From an uncultured bacterium (GTDB taxonomy: Bacteria > Oederibacteriota > PGYV01 > CAWJRG01): a DNA stretch of 64,000 nt. Position 1 is the stretch's first letter. Each line of letters opens with the position of its first letter. This document shows positions 30,476 to 41,427 of this stretch, piece after piece. Made by a program: the position numbers and the translations under genes. The notes below the pieces were generated by a model, which did not search any database, was not told the DNA's origin, and saw nothing but the letters and a program-made list of their open reading frames with translations. Location of the stretch: positions 224,001-288,000 of the forward strand of contig CAWJRG010000001.1 of assembly GCA_963845185.1 (NCBI GenBank). Reading direction: 5' to 3'.

Positions 30476-31451
30476 TCTTCAACGCCTCTTTTAATTCGTC
30501 AGGCGAGACAGTGGCGACGCCCCTCTTCATTACTACAATCCCCCCGCCGATATTTGCAATAAAAGCCGAGTCATATAGCGAGGCCCCGCATGCAAGGCCC
30601 GCGGCTATAATTGAAGAAACCGTGTCGCCCGCGCCTGACACATCAACTATTTCGTCGCTTCCGAAAGCCTGTATTTTCTCAACATTCTTTTTTTCAAATA
30701 CAAGCATGCCCTTGCTGCCCCTTGTTATTATCATGCCTTTGGATTTTACCAGTTTCATAAGTTCGAAACCTATTTTTTTGACATTCTCCTCCTCGTATTC
30801 CTCTATATTGACCAGCGGGCCCGCCTCGGTTTCGTTCGGGGTTCCTGTTGTTATGTACTGAAATTTAAAAAGGTTGTGCCGGGAATCGACGACTATATTC
30901 TTGCCTTTCTTGCCGAGCCCGTTGATAACTTCAATCATGGCATCGGTTATGATCCCGCCGCCGTAATCGGAAACAAGTATCGCGTCTGTTTCCTCTGCCA
31001 GTTTTTTAATGTATGCAATGATTTGTTTTTCTATATCACCGGACAGCTGCCTTATATGGTATTTATCAACCCTCACTACCTGCTGTTTTGCCGTATGCAC
31101 GCTGCCTGCCATTATTCTTGTCTTTACGGGAAGCATGTATTTCTCGTCCCTCAGGATATACCTTATATCCACTTTTTTCCGGTTGATTATATCCAGCAGT
31201 ATATCTGAAAAACCGTCGTCTCCGACCAGGGACACCGGCACGGGCTCTGCTCCTATGTCTTTTATGTTTAAGATGGGGTTTGCCCCGCCTCCGGCCAGGT
31301 ATGTGCTCTGCCTGTATTTTAAAATAAGCACCGGCGCCTCGCGCGAAATTCTTTCTGTCTCCCCGTAAATGTACTCGTCGAGAATAAAATCCCCGAGCAC
31401 AAGTATTCTTTTGCCTTTGAACTGGTCAATAAGATTCAGATATTTATCCAT
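30462..31451 (-). CDS. Second RfaE1-like PfkB kinase
   Basis: GDFILDEY, RISREAP, DVSGAGDT; start at MDKYL after AGGAG. Confidence 0.88.
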   Translation of the reverse strand: MDKYLNLIDQFKGKRILVLGDFILDEYIYGETERISREAPVLILKYRQSTYLAGGGANPILNIKDIGAEPVPVSLVGDDGFSDILLDIINRKKVDIRYILRDEKYMLPVKTRIMAGSVHTAKQQVVRVDKYHIRQLSGDIEKQIIAYIKKLAEETDAILVSDYGGGIITDAMIEVINGLGKKGKNIVVDSRHNLFKFQYITTGTPNETEAGPLVNIEEYEEENVKKIGFELMKLVKSKGMIITRGSKGMLVFEKKNVEKIQAFGSDEIVDVSGAGDTVSSIIAAGLACGASLYDSAFIANIGGGIVVMKRGVATVSPDELKEALKNVKA

Positions 31452-31569
31452 GTCTTTCACTCCTGTAATTTTAGAATTTTTCAAGTTTCTTAGTTTCTTG
31501 GTCTCTGTGTCTCTAGTTTCCAATTAAACTAAGAAACCCAGAGACTGAGAAACTCAGAAACATGCTGTA

Positions 31570-32142
31570 TCAAGTTTTATTAATAATCCACTCCGCCGCA
31601 TCCAGCATATCATCCGCTGTATAATCCGGTTTTACCTTCTGCTTTTTAATGAGCTTTCTTTCTTCTTTTCCAAACCCGGTTAATACAAGTATGCCTTTCA
31701 TTCCGCTGTTTTTGGCAAGCTGTATATCAGTAAGCTTGTCGCCTATCACAAAGCTTTTTTTTAGGTCAATATTAAACCTGTTTTTCGCCTTCATAACCAT
31801 GCCTGTTTTCGGTTTCCTGCAATCACAGTTTTTATAATACCTTTTAACCACTACATTCCTAATATGATGCGGGCAGTAATAAAAAGCTTTTATTTTAACT
31901 CCGTATTTTTTCAATAAGCCGCTGATATATTTATGCGTTTTTTTAACAAAATCCTCGATAAAATAACCCCTTGCCACGCCGGATTGGTTTGAAATAACAA
32001 CCGGGATATATCTGTTTTTTTCAAGCAATTCAAGGGCTTTTATGCTTTTGCTGTATATATGTACCCTTTTCAATGAACTCAAATACCCTGCTTCTTTTAT
32101 AAGCGTCCCGTCCCTGTCTATAAAAACTGCCTTATTTTTCAT
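31570..32142 (-). CDS. gmhB: Heptose 1,7-bisphosphate phosphatase
   Basis: DRDGT, SNQSG, CPHH, CDCRKP, GDK..D. Confidence 0.92.
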   Translation of the reverse strand: MKNKAVFIDRDGTLIKEAGYLSSLKRVHIYSKSIKALELLEKNRYIPVVISNQSGVARGYFIEDFVKKTHKYISGLLKKYGVKIKAFYYCPHHIRNVVVKRYYKNCDCRKPKTGMVMKAKNRFNIDLKKSFVIGDKLTDIQLAKNSGMKGILVLTGFGKEERKLIKKQKVKPDYTADDMLDAAEWIINKT

Positions 32143-32281
32143 GCATTCCTCATCTAATATTATACAAAAATTTATTCTGCTTTACTCTTATATTGTGGCA
32201 AGTGGTAAGTGGTATGAGATATTTAATAAATAAAATTTTAAATTTCCCATACCATATAGCACCTATCACATATCACAGTTT

Positions 32282-34027
32282 TCACTCATTCTTCGTCATA
32301 TTAAACTGCATATCATAAAGTTTTTTATAAAGCCCTTTCTTCCTCATCAGCGACTTATGATTTCCACGCTGGACTATTTTTCCTTTCTCAACGACTATTA
32401 TCTGGTCCGCGTGCCTTATTGTGGACAGCCTGTGCGCTATTACAAAAGTAGTCCTGTTTTTCATAAGGTTGTTTATTGCTTTCTGTACAAGTATCTCGGA
32501 ATGGCTGTCGAGCGACGACGTGGCCTCGTCAAGTATAAGTATTGGAGGGTTTTTAAGAATAGCCCTTGCTATCGCCAGCCTCTGCCTCTGACCTCCGGAA
32601 AGCCTCACTCCCCTATCGCCTATTAAAGTGTTGTATTTTTCCGGCATTTTTTTTATAAACTCGTGGGCATTTGCCGCCTTAGCCGCCTCTAACACATGGT
32701 CTTCGTCCATGTCTTCATGCCCATAAGCAATATTGTTTTTTATCGTGTCGTTAAAAAGTATGGTCTCCTGTGTCACTATGCCTATCAGTTTGCGCAAAAA
32801 CTCTATCTTTATTTTTTTTACATCATGCCCGTCTATTGTTATGCTGCCCGAATCAACATCGTAAAACCTAGGCAAAAGGTCTGCAATTGTGCTCTTGCCT
32901 GCGCCTGACGGCCCTACAACCGCAAACACCTCTCCTTTTTTGATTTTAAAATTGATTTTGCCGAGCACCTCTATGCCTTTGATATACGAGTAACTGACGT
33001 TCTTAAAATCCACTTCTTTTTTGAATTCATCCATTGACACTGCGTGCGGGTCATCCTTTATATCCGGTCTTTTATCCAGTACTGAAAATATCCTCTCGGA
33101 TGCCGCAAGCGCCTGCATGATGGTGTTGTTCATATCGTTTATTTTTTTTATCTGCGGGTACAGCAATATCAGCCCGCCTATGAAAGCTAAAAATGTGCCG
33201 GCTGTCATATGCCCGTTCATGACCAGTCCGCCCACGTACCATACAATGACCGCTATTCCGACCGCGCCTATTGTTTCCATAACAGGCGACGACAGCGACG
33301 AATATCTAACTCCCCTCATTGTATAGTCAAAATATTTGCGGAGCTCAATAAGGAATCTGGAAGACTCATATTTTTCCATGCCAAATGCCTTCACAACCCT
33401 TATGCCGTTGAATGTCTCGTTCAGGACCGATGTAACTTCTCCCATCTTTTCCTGGGACAGCCTTGCTGACGATTTCATTTTTTTGGCGAATTGTGTTATG
33501 GGCAGAACCGCTATCGGGAAAACTATGATCGCTATAAGCGCGTGTCTCCAGTCCAGATAAAAAATAAGCCCGACAAGTCCTATAATATTCAACACACTGC
33601 CTATAAGGTTGCTCATCACATCAGATATCGCGCCCTGTACGTTTGTCACGTCGTTTGTAATGCGTGACTGCAGGACACCCATTCTCTCGTTGTTAAAAAA
33701 ACTCATGGAAAGCGATGTTATATGCCTGTAAAGCTGGTCCCTCATATCGACTATTATGCGGTTACCAACATACCTGACAAGGTAAATCTGGATGTAGGTG
33801 CAAATGCCTTTTGCAAAATATATTATAATTATGGCAAAAGGCAGGATCGCAAGCCAGTGGGCGGCTTCGGCCTTATTCGGGTTCGTAAAGATTTTATCAA
33901 AAACCGGCTTGACAATGTACATGGAAAGAGGCGTCAAAATAGCAGTAAAAAGCAGGAATATAAGCGCCAGAATGACCCTTTTCATATAAGGCTTTGTGTA
34001 TCTTAAAAGGCGGAAATATGTGTTCAT
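32282..34027 (-). CDS. msbA: Lipid A/LPS flippase-like ABC transporter
   Basis: Six-TM domain plus GPSGAGKS, LSGGQRQR and DEATS; LPS context. Confidence 0.82.
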   Translation of the reverse strand: MNTYFRLLRYTKPYMKRVILALIFLLFTAILTPLSMYIVKPVFDKIFTNPNKAEAAHWLAILPFAIIIIYFAKGICTYIQIYLVRYVGNRIIVDMRDQLYRHITSLSMSFFNNERMGVLQSRITNDVTNVQGAISDVMSNLIGSVLNIIGLVGLIFYLDWRHALIAIIVFPIAVLPITQFAKKMKSSARLSQEKMGEVTSVLNETFNGIRVVKAFGMEKYESSRFLIELRKYFDYTMRGVRYSSLSSPVMETIGAVGIAVIVWYVGGLVMNGHMTAGTFLAFIGGLILLYPQIKKINDMNNTIMQALAASERIFSVLDKRPDIKDDPHAVSMDEFKKEVDFKNVSYSYIKGIEVLGKINFKIKKGEVFAVVGPSGAGKSTIADLLPRFYDVDSGSITIDGHDVKKIKIEFLRKLIGIVTQETILFNDTIKNNIAYGHEDMDEDHVLEAAKAANAHEFIKKMPEKYNTLIGDRGVRLSGGQRQRLAIARAILKNPPILILDEATSSLDSHSEILVQKAINNLMKNRTTFVIAHRLSTIRHADQIIVVEKGKIVQRGNHKSLMRKKGLYKKLYDMQFNMTKNE

Positions 34028-34162
34028 AATGAGAGTATTTTAAATGATTTTTGCAGGCAGGTCAAGGACAATAAGGATTTTAGGTAAAAGCTTAAAATTT
34101 GCCAACACCATATCATTATTGTAATGGTTTGCTAATTCCCCTAAAACCGTTCCTGTTATGCT

Positions 34163-35068
34163 TTACCTAATAAATTGAGCGATAATAAGTGCAAGCCCTG
34201 TTATCAAATGCGCAACAATAGTCATAACGCATGCAGGAGCAAGCTGCAAAGGATTGTCAAAATTTTTGTCGAGCAATGTTATTGCTTTTAAAGAAGGCAA
34301 AAGCCCCAGCAAACTCAAAAGCGACCAGACCGGGATAGCACGCAGGATTACCGCTGTCACGATTATTGCGTACGCAATAAAAACAATTACAGCATGAAAA
34401 ATGCTGCCGTTTTTCCTGCCAAGCCTGACCACCAAATTCCTTTTTCCGGTTTCTTTGTCAGCCTCATAATCAGGAAACTGGTTTATGTCCACTATCGCAG
34501 AGGCAAGCAGCCCTACGGGGATTGACGCAAGCAGCGAGCCAAAGCTTGCATTGCCAGCGAATGCATAATACGCGCCTGTAACCATTATGGGCCCAAACCC
34601 CAGGAAAATAAAAAACTCCCCAAGCCCCCTGTGCGCCAATTTAAGTGGCGGAGCCGTATAAAATACCCCGGCAAACAAAGACAAGCCGAGCAAAAACAAA
34701 AGATACATGCCCTTAAAATATGAAACAATGCATAGTAAAACGCTCCCGAGCAAAAAAAGTACGACTGCTTCGCCAAGCACAGCCTTTGGTGCCAGGACGC
34801 CTGACTGTATGAGCCGCGACCCGCCGGTAAAAGGAAAAATAAACTGCTTGTTTATCCTGTCTGTGCCGTTGATATCGTCAAAGTAATCATTAAGAACATT
34901 TGTAGCCAGGTGCAGGAAAATAAAACCTGCGAGCACAGCCGAAAATATTGCTCCGTTAAATTTAGCGCCGGTTTTAATTGCCATTTCACTCCCCAGCAGC
35001 ACCGGTATTATTGTAACAGTCAAAAAAGGCGCCCTTGTTTCAAGCATCAAAGCCTTAATCTTGTTCAT
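34163..35068 (-). CDS. menA: UbiA-family prenyltransferase (MenA-like)
   Basis: NDYFD...GTD, GGSR, YTAPP, NQFPDYEAD...GK..LVVR; start MNKIK after AGGAG. Confidence 0.75.
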   Translation of the reverse strand: MNKIKALMLETRAPFLTVTIIPVLLGSEMAIKTGAKFNGAIFSAVLAGFIFLHLATNVLNDYFDDINGTDRINKQFIFPFTGGSRLIQSGVLAPKAVLGEAVVLFLLGSVLLCIVSYFKGMYLLFLLGLSLFAGVFYTAPPLKLAHRGLGEFFIFLGFGPIMVTGAYYAFAGNASFGSLLASIPVGLLASAIVDINQFPDYEADKETGKRNLVVRLGRKNGSIFHAVIVFIAYAIIVTAVILRAIPVWSLLSLLGLLPSLKAITLLDKNFDNPLQLAPACVMTIVAHLITGLALIIAQFIR

Positions 35069-35079
35069 CGTAATCTCCT

Positions 35080-35199
35080 GTGGAACCTCGCCGGCAGGAA
35101 TCGGCGGCTCCTTTAAAAACCACCGGAGGTTTATTGTAAGTTCCCTCCGGAAAGGTATAATGCATCCCTCCAACCAGAGTTGGGGGATTTCTTTCCGGA
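35080..35199 (-). mobile_element. Non-autonomous multi-hairpin element, copy 2 (120 bp)
   Basis: Same ends as copies 1 and 3; abuts the menA RBS. Confidence 0.75.
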
Positions 35200-35266
35200 T
35201 TAATTTTCATTCGTTGATTGCTCCCACTATCGGATTTTGTATGTGAAAACTTTAAACTTAACGCAG

Positions 35267-35953
35267 TCAGTTTGCGCTCTTTTCTATCCTGCCGTCGCTT
35301 AAAACAACCGTTCTTTTCGCCTGCTCCATTACCCGCTGGTCGTGGGTAGAGAATATAAAAGTCGCGCCGTGCTCCTCGCTCATGCGCTTCATAATTTTTA
35401 AAATATTCATGCCGTTTGCCTTGTCCAGATTCGCAGTAGGCTCGTCAGCGAGTACGAGCTTCGGGTTTGTGACAAGCGCCCTTGCTACAGCTATCCTCTG
35501 CCTCTGCCCGCCTGAAAGCTCGTCAGGTTTGTGCTTTATGAATTCCTCCAGCGCCACATCTGTTATTAACTCATTAACCCTTTCTTCCCTTTCAGCTTTT
35601 GGAACCCCTTGTATGATAAGCGGGAATTCAATGTTTTCATAAACGTTCAGTACGGGTATCAGGTTAAATGTCTGGAAAATGAACCCTATGTTGTCCCTGC
35701 GCATCAGCGTGGCGTCCCTGTCGGATATATGTGAAATATTGTATTTTTCAAACAGGGTTATTTCACCTGATGTAGGCGAATCAAGGCATCCAATGAGGTT
35801 CAGGAACGTGGTCTTACCTGACCCTGACGGCCCTACTACGCATAAAAACTCGCCCTGTTTCACATCAAGATCCACACCTTTAAGCGCCTCAACTTTTGTC
35901 TTGCCCAGTATATAGTCTTTCTTTACATTCCTTGCTGAAATAATATTTTCCAT
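35267..35953 (-). CDS. ABC ATP-binding protein (LolD/MacB-type)
   Basis: GPSGSGKT, LSGGQRQR, ADEPTANLD. Confidence 0.92.
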   Translation of the reverse strand: MENIISARNVKKDYILGKTKVEALKGVDLDVKQGEFLCVVGPSGSGKTTFLNLIGCLDSPTSGEITLFEKYNISHISDRDATLMRRDNIGFIFQTFNLIPVLNVYENIEFPLIIQGVPKAEREERVNELITDVALEEFIKHKPDELSGGQRQRIAVARALVTNPKLVLADEPTANLDKANGMNILKIMKRMSEEHGATFIFSTHDQRVMEQAKRTVVLSDGRIEKSAN

Positions 35954-36057
35954 TAGCGTTCTCCTTTATTAATGATTTCTAATTTCTAGTTGCATTATCT
36001 GTCACCTATCACCAATCATCTTTCTCTTACTCTTACCCCTTACCACTTTCCCCTGTC

Positions 36058-37245
36058 TTAAAGGTACGCCCTTAATCTTAACTCCAGATAATTATATATT
36101 GGTATTCCTGTCTGCCCTTCGCCGCTGCGGCTGGTCGTGCAGTTCTGCAGATAACCCAGCAGGATGTCAAATCCCTGATTCTCAAGCCAAATAATTTGAG
36201 GATAGACCAATGCCATGCCATCGTCCATACCATATATGCCTGTGATTGCAAGGGTCAGCTTGTCGTTCCAGTTATATGAAAAGCTCATCATCCCGTAATC
36301 TTTTTTTATTACGAGCTGCGAAAGCCCGAGTATCGAAGGCGTCGTCTGTGCCATACTGTACATCCTGTCATATTCAGTATTATCCACCCCCCAGTTGTTC
36401 CTGAAGTACTCGATGTATAAAAACGTATCCTGGGTAATCTGTTTCTGTACCCCTGCAAGCCAGTTGTACTGTATAGTTGCCCCGTTATCCAGTCCCATAT
36501 TTGTCCTTATGTTGTCGGCAGTGTTTATATACCGCACAGCTGCACCCTCGAGGTTAAGTATTGCCGGCCCGAAATCCCATGATATTGCGCTGCCTATTGT
36601 CTGCAGGGTCTGGTACTGGTATATGGAATTCAGGAAAAAGTCGGCTGTGCCGATGAGCTTATAAAGCTGCAACGCAAAGCGATAGTTCTGCGCAACAGGC
36701 GTGTTTAAAGCCTGTGTGTCCGGGGATATAATCAGCGAAGGCGTTATAAAGTCATTTGAATACTCGGCGCGGAGGGCGTAAATCCCTTCCAGGTACCTGC
36801 CCGGCTCTAAAAGGTCTTTTGTTGGCTGCAGAAGGTCGGTTGGGTTCCATGAGTACCCTGTGCCCCATTTTATTCTCTGCTTACCGGTATAAAGCACAAA
36901 GCTGTCGTTAGTATAAGAAAAATAAGCATTATCAATGACATAACCTATACTTTCCACTCCCGGGCTTATATAAAACCTGCTGTCAAAAACGAATTTTACG
37001 TTTGATAATTCCTGGTTCAGTTTCAAGGTTATTTGTTCAAAAGCCTGCGTGCTTGACTGGCTCAACTGCAATGCCTGCGGCACTGATGCCGGGGCAGACT
37101 GCATCAGTGACAGTTCCTCTGACAGCGCCTGATTTTTTATGTAGTTGTAGTACAGCGCGTCCGTCTCAAGGTCTACGTTATAGTCAAGGGCAAGCGCTAA
37201 ACTCGAGAGCAAAACTGTTGCAGTTATAATTAAAATTTTTTTCAT
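36058..37245 (-). CDS. Putative outer-membrane beta-barrel protein
   Basis: Signal peptide, GKQRIKWG.G..WNPTD, C-terminal strand ELRLRAYL. Confidence 0.7.
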   Translation of the reverse strand: MKKILIITATVLLSSLALALDYNVDLETDALYYNYIKNQALSEELSLMQSAPASVPQALQLSQSSTQAFEQITLKLNQELSNVKFVFDSRFYISPGVESIGYVIDNAYFSYTNDSFVLYTGKQRIKWGTGYSWNPTDLLQPTKDLLEPGRYLEGIYALRAEYSNDFITPSLIISPDTQALNTPVAQNYRFALQLYKLIGTADFFLNSIYQYQTLQTIGSAISWDFGPAILNLEGAAVRYINTADNIRTNMGLDNGATIQYNWLAGVQKQITQDTFLYIEYFRNNWGVDNTEYDRMYSMAQTTPSILGLSQLVIKKDYGMMSFSYNWNDKLTLAITGIYGMDDGMALVYPQIIWLENQGFDILLGYLQNCTTSRSGEGQTGIPIYNYLELRLRAYL

Positions 37246-37350
37246 ATTTTAGCCTCTTCCTTTATTTGTGTTGAGTGCTGCGTACTGCGTGCCACGGAAT
37301 AACAAAAACGTTCTTCCATCGCACATCGCACGTCACACTTAGCACGCTGC

Positions 37351-38166
37351 TCATCTTCCCATCTGGCTCTGGTCAAAAAGATAATCCGGCAGGCTATCCT
37401 GCTTTACAAGCGTTTCCATTATAACTTCGGTATACGACCCCTTTTCAAGCAGGTCTTCCATTTTCATATGTGAGGGCCTCATGACGCCGTTAAACTCCTT
37501 CAGTTCGGTAAAGTACATTTTTTTTATCGCCTTGCCCGAAAGCCCGTAGTAAGTCGCCTCCGTAGGTATCATTTTTTCCTTATCGACCCAGAAATCAATG
37601 AAAGCATAAGCCACGTCTTCCCTTTTAGCGCTCAGCCTGAGCAGCACAAGGTTCCCTTTCTCGTCAATAATATCCGGGTCATAGTCGTCCACCATTTTTG
37701 AGCTCATAAGGTCCTCGTTTGAGAATGTCGTGCCCATGAAGCTCTGCTTTCTCGTAAGCCTTATCGGCCTAGACACTTCCGGCATGTACATCCATAAATT
37801 ATCCTTTGTCATGAGTATTTTTTTGCCTTTTTCCCTCGGCGGCCCGGCAATCTTTAACAACGCCGTTGTGTTGTTTTTCGAATATATCTCATAATCGTAT
37901 TCCAGCGGCTCCCTGCCGTTCCTGTATGTCGTCATTTTCAGCGTGCCCTTGAAAATCGGCGGGTACATGGACTCGTCTGTCTTTTTCAATATCTTGTCCG
38001 CAAGCTCCTTTGCCTCTGCCTTGGTCATCTTTGTCTTCTTGACTGCCGCAGGCGCCGGCTTAGCCGTGGCTGTCGTTGTGACCTCCACAGCCGTTATTGT
38101 TGTGTCTTCTGCAAATAAAACTGCCGCAGCCATAATTATAAAAGCCAGCATTATTAATCTTTTCAT
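37351..38166 (-). CDS. LolA-like outer-membrane lipoprotein-sorting protein
   Basis: P.REKG..IL...NLWMYMP, SFMGTTFSNEDL. Confidence 0.82.
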   Translation of the reverse strand: MKRLIMLAFIIMAAAVLFAEDTTITAVEVTTTATAKPAPAAVKKTKMTKAEAKELADKILKKTDESMYPPIFKGTLKMTTYRNGREPLEYDYEIYSKNNTTALLKIAGPPREKGKKILMTKDNLWMYMPEVSRPIRLTRKQSFMGTTFSNEDLMSSKMVDDYDPDIIDEKGNLVLLRLSAKREDVAYAFIDFWVDKEKMIPTEATYYGLSGKAIKKMYFTELKEFNGVMRPSHMKMEDLLEKGSYTEVIMETLVKQDSLPDYLFDQSQMGR

Positions 38167-38229
38167 TTTAGTTCTCCTTTTCTTTTGTCATTTAATATCT
38201 GCTATCTCATATCCAATATCTAATATGCC

Positions 38230-39471
38230 TTATTTAACTCCACGCTTCAGCGCGTCCACTATCTTTGTCTCTGCCGCCATATTCGCTGGAAAATATGCGC
38301 CGAATATTCCGGCGATTATGCATATTACCCCTGCCATTATCCATATTATAGGGCTATTTGCCGCTTTCATATGAAAATCCATGGGCACGCTCAGGGCCGC
38401 TGTTATCTTCGGGTCTATGTAAATGCCGTGCGTTACCATGTAATACATCATCGGAGCGGAAACAATATACCCGATTATCACGCCGAATATGCCCAGCAAA
38501 ATGCCCTCGGTTATGAATATGCCCCGTATCTGCCCCTTTTCCAGTCCCATGGCGCGCAGCGTGCCTATTTCAGGAATGCGCTCATATACGGTCATGGTTA
38601 TGGTATTGGTAATAATAAAGAAAGCCAGAAACAGCAGCACTGCGGCAAATACAGCAAAAGTCGTGTATTTCATCCTGACAGTATCTATGATCTCAGGCGC
38701 TTCTTCTTTCCAGTCAAGCGCCTCAAGCCCAGGGAACTGGCTCGCAAGGACGCCCTTAATATATTTTGTTGCCTGCGGCACGCTTCCCATATCTTTCAAT
38801 TTTATTATTATCTCTGTCGCATGACCTTTCATGTCAAAAAACCTTTGGGCAAAAGCATAAGGGATAAACACATTCATTTTTTCCATATTGTCGAAACCCA
38901 CGCTGTATATGCCTTTTACATCTACGTCTTCCAGGTTGTTGGCGTTATACACGGTCTGGGAATAAAGCAGCAGGTTTTCATTTCCCGACAGCTTCATTAT
39001 CTCCGCGAGTTTTTTTCCTACAAGCACTTCTGCGCCGCTTCCAAGCCCGGAACCGTTTATCCTGTCATACGCTGTAAGTATTTTTTTTTCCATGTCCATG
39101 TCAATGCCGTTTATTATCACGTTCATTTTCCTATTCGTATCGCTTATTATCCCCGGGTGTATTATACGCGGGCTTGCGGCCACAAAACCCGGAGCTCCCT
39201 TTATAGCTTCTATCACTTTTTTCGGGTCAGCGATATTTATATCAAGCGGCAGGGTGCGCTTCTCGTCCGTATAGCCTTTCGCGTATATTTTTATGTGGCC
39301 TATGCGCAGGTCTATCATCTTGTTTATCATGCTGTCGAGCTGGCCCTGCTGCATACCGAATCCTACGAGTATCACGAGTACATTCAGCGCGAAGGTGAGT
39401 ATGTTCAGCGTGGAGCGCCTTTTATTCTTGAATACGTTCCTCAAAGCGATAAAAAATACTTTATTGTTCAT
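38230..39471 (-). CDS. FtsX/LolE-like ABC permease
   Basis: RNV.KNKRRS, ER..EIGTLRAMG, YFPA. Confidence 0.9.
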   Translation of the reverse strand: MNNKVFFIALRNVFKNKRRSTLNILTFALNVLVILVGFGMQQGQLDSMINKMIDLRIGHIKIYAKGYTDEKRTLPLDINIADPKKVIEAIKGAPGFVAASPRIIHPGIISDTNRKMNVIINGIDMDMEKKILTAYDRINGSGLGSGAEVLVGKKLAEIMKLSGNENLLLYSQTVYNANNLEDVDVKGIYSVGFDNMEKMNVFIPYAFAQRFFDMKGHATEIIIKLKDMGSVPQATKYIKGVLASQFPGLEALDWKEEAPEIIDTVRMKYTTFAVFAAVLLFLAFFIITNTITMTVYERIPEIGTLRAMGLEKGQIRGIFITEGILLGIFGVIIGYIVSAPMMYYMVTHGIYIDPKITAALSVPMDFHMKAANSPIIWIMAGVICIIAGIFGAYFPANMAAETKIVDALKRGVK

Positions 39472-40706
39472 TCCAGTACCCTCATTATGTCCGACGGCTT
39501 TTTGACCGCAGCCAGCACCGCTGGATAGAGTGAAGCGACGACCGATATGAGTACGCCGGTAAATAGTATTACAACAAGCGAGGCAGGCACCAGTATGAAC
39601 CCCAGTGTGGCATCCATCGCGCCCATGCCCGAGCCCTCCATAAGCTTCATTATATTCTGGAAGTTAAAGGGATTTGCTTCCAGGTATTTCACCACCATTG
39701 TGCCGGGTATTATTCCGGCTATTGTCCCTGTTACGCCGAGCATGAAGGACTCGGTTAAAATCATTCCGAATATCTGCCATTTTCCGACGCCCATTGCCCT
39801 GAGCACGCCGAACTCCTGCATCCTGTTCATGATGTTCATCAGGAAAGAGTTCAATATTCCCAGCGACGCGGCGAATATAATTATTATTGAAAGTATCAAT
39901 ATTGCCACATCTACTATTTTCAAATAAGAAACTACGAAAGCCTGCCCCACCTGCCATGGCACTGCTATGGCGTCTGTTGGGAGCATTTTCTGGATTATAC
40001 CGGCTTTTATATGCGCTTCTACAGGGTCTTCTATGTTTACGGTTATCTCGGTCACTTTTCCCTCGAGCGCGAGCAGCTTTTGCGCCAGCGGCAGGCTGCA
40101 TACCACGAGGCTCTCGTCCTCAATGGAGCTGTTTGTTTTTGACAGGCCTACGAGCCTTCCCTCGGCCGCGTTTATCCCGCCATACTGGTCCACGCTGAGT
40201 AAAATGATGCTGTCGCCCAGCTTCACATGCAGGGATTTTGCCGCCTTGTACCCCAGCACTATGTCCTTTTCGCTTTGTATAAAATGCCCCTCGACCATCA
40301 TTTTTTCCCTGTGCTCATAGTTTTTTTCCACGTCGTGCGGGTCAACAGCCTTTACTATACACTCGATATTTTCCGTGACAGAGTTCGCGATAGCCCCGAA
40401 ATTCATTTCCGGTATGACATTCTCCACGCTTGGCACAGCCTTAAGCTTATCAAGCATTTTGGTGTCATAAAGCATATTGAACTCGGTCCTGGAAAAATCG
40501 AGTTCCTTGTAATAATTGGCATTGTAAATCTTGATATGCCCCGCTGCCTTCAGAAAGTCATTGATGATTTTCGACTTAAACCCGTCAATGAACCCGACCC
40601 CGAACTCCATCAGGAACACGCAGACAAAAACTACAATAAGTATGGTTAACGACGTCCGCCTGTTCTTTATCAAATTTCCGAAAGCTATCTTTAAAAATAT
40701 TGGCAT
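39468..40706 (-). CDS. FtsX/LolE-like ABC permease
   Basis: NL.KNRR, R..EFGVLRAMG, SLYPA. Confidence 0.9.
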   Translation of the reverse strand: MPIFLKIAFGNLIKNRRTSLTILIVVFVCVFLMEFGVGFIDGFKSKIINDFLKAAGHIKIYNANYYKELDFSRTEFNMLYDTKMLDKLKAVPSVENVIPEMNFGAIANSVTENIECIVKAVDPHDVEKNYEHREKMMVEGHFIQSEKDIVLGYKAAKSLHVKLGDSIILLSVDQYGGINAAEGRLVGLSKTNSSIEDESLVVCSLPLAQKLLALEGKVTEITVNIEDPVEAHIKAGIIQKMLPTDAIAVPWQVGQAFVVSYLKIVDVAILILSIIIIFAASLGILNSFLMNIMNRMQEFGVLRAMGVGKWQIFGMILTESFMLGVTGTIAGIIPGTMVVKYLEANPFNFQNIMKLMEGSGMGAMDATLGFILVPASLVVILFTGVLISVVASLYPAVLAAVKKPSDIMRVLE

Positions 40707-40773
40707 GTCTTTTCACCTCATCAATTCTGCATCTCTTTTCCTTAGCACATCCCACATAGCGCGCAGTACGTTT

Positions 40774-41427
40774 TTATTTATATATTCCGTTCTTAAGTAT
40801 TTTCTTAACAAGTACCAGATTTGTGTTGTACATTTTCTTTATTTCCTTTGCTGTAGTTTCGCTGTTTATTTTTGACATCACTTCTGTATCCAGCGCCGTG
40901 TCTATCCACATGAATAGTTTTACAAGTTCCCGCTTGCTCAGCGAGTATTTTGACATGTCAACGCCTTTCGAAATCGTTAGCAGCAGAGGCATCATGTACG
41001 GCTCCCACTCTTTCCTCAACTTCATAAGTATGTCCCCGCCGCGATCCGAAAGCATTGTTTTAAAAAGTTTAAACATCTGCAAATCCTCGCCAAAATGGTC
41101 ATACATATGCTCTATCATATGCAGGTAAAGGTCAACGGCATCTTCTGTTTTGCCCGGCAGGTTTTCAATTATATGCTGTATAAAGCTTCCAAACATTTTT
41201 TCTGCAAGAGCGAGGAACAGTTTTTCTTTCGTGCCGAAATATTTAAAGATGGCGCCCTTTGACACGCCTGCTTTTTTGGCTATACGGTTGGTTGACGCCA
41301 TTTCATATCCGGTATCGGCAAATTCGTCAACAGCTGCCTTAATTATTTTTTCCCGTTTTTTTGGCTTTATGCGGTCAAAAGCGTTCTTTTTATTAAGTAC
41401 TTTATTAATATCGAGTTTTCCGCTCAT
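40774..41427 (-). CDS. TetR/AcrR family regulator
   Basis: EFA..GYE.AST..IAKKAGVSKG.IFKYFGTKEKLF. Confidence 0.92.
   Translation of the reverse strand: MSGKLDINKVLNKKNAFDRIKPKKREKIIKAAVDEFADTGYEMASTNRIAKKAGVSKGAIFKYFGTKEKLFLALAEKMFGSFIQHIIENLPGKTEDAVDLYLHMIEHMYDHFGEDLQMFKLFKTMLSDRGGDILMKLRKEWEPYMMPLLLTISKGVDMSKYSLSKRELVKLFMWIDTALDTEVMSKINSETTAKEIKKMYNTNLVLVKKILKNGIYK

Noticed and set aside
35069..35173. N-terminal extensions in the ORF track (menA; also starts at 1674, 5701, 10613, 31523, 47322, 52055)
   Set aside because: They run through repeats, terminators, promoters or the upstream gene; downstream starts have proper RBSs
38371..39528. 385-aa plus-strand ORF and other long antisense ORFs (e.g. 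11300-11941, 60568-61377, 57334-58026)
   Set aside because: Shadows of well-supported minus-strand genes with no motifs of their own
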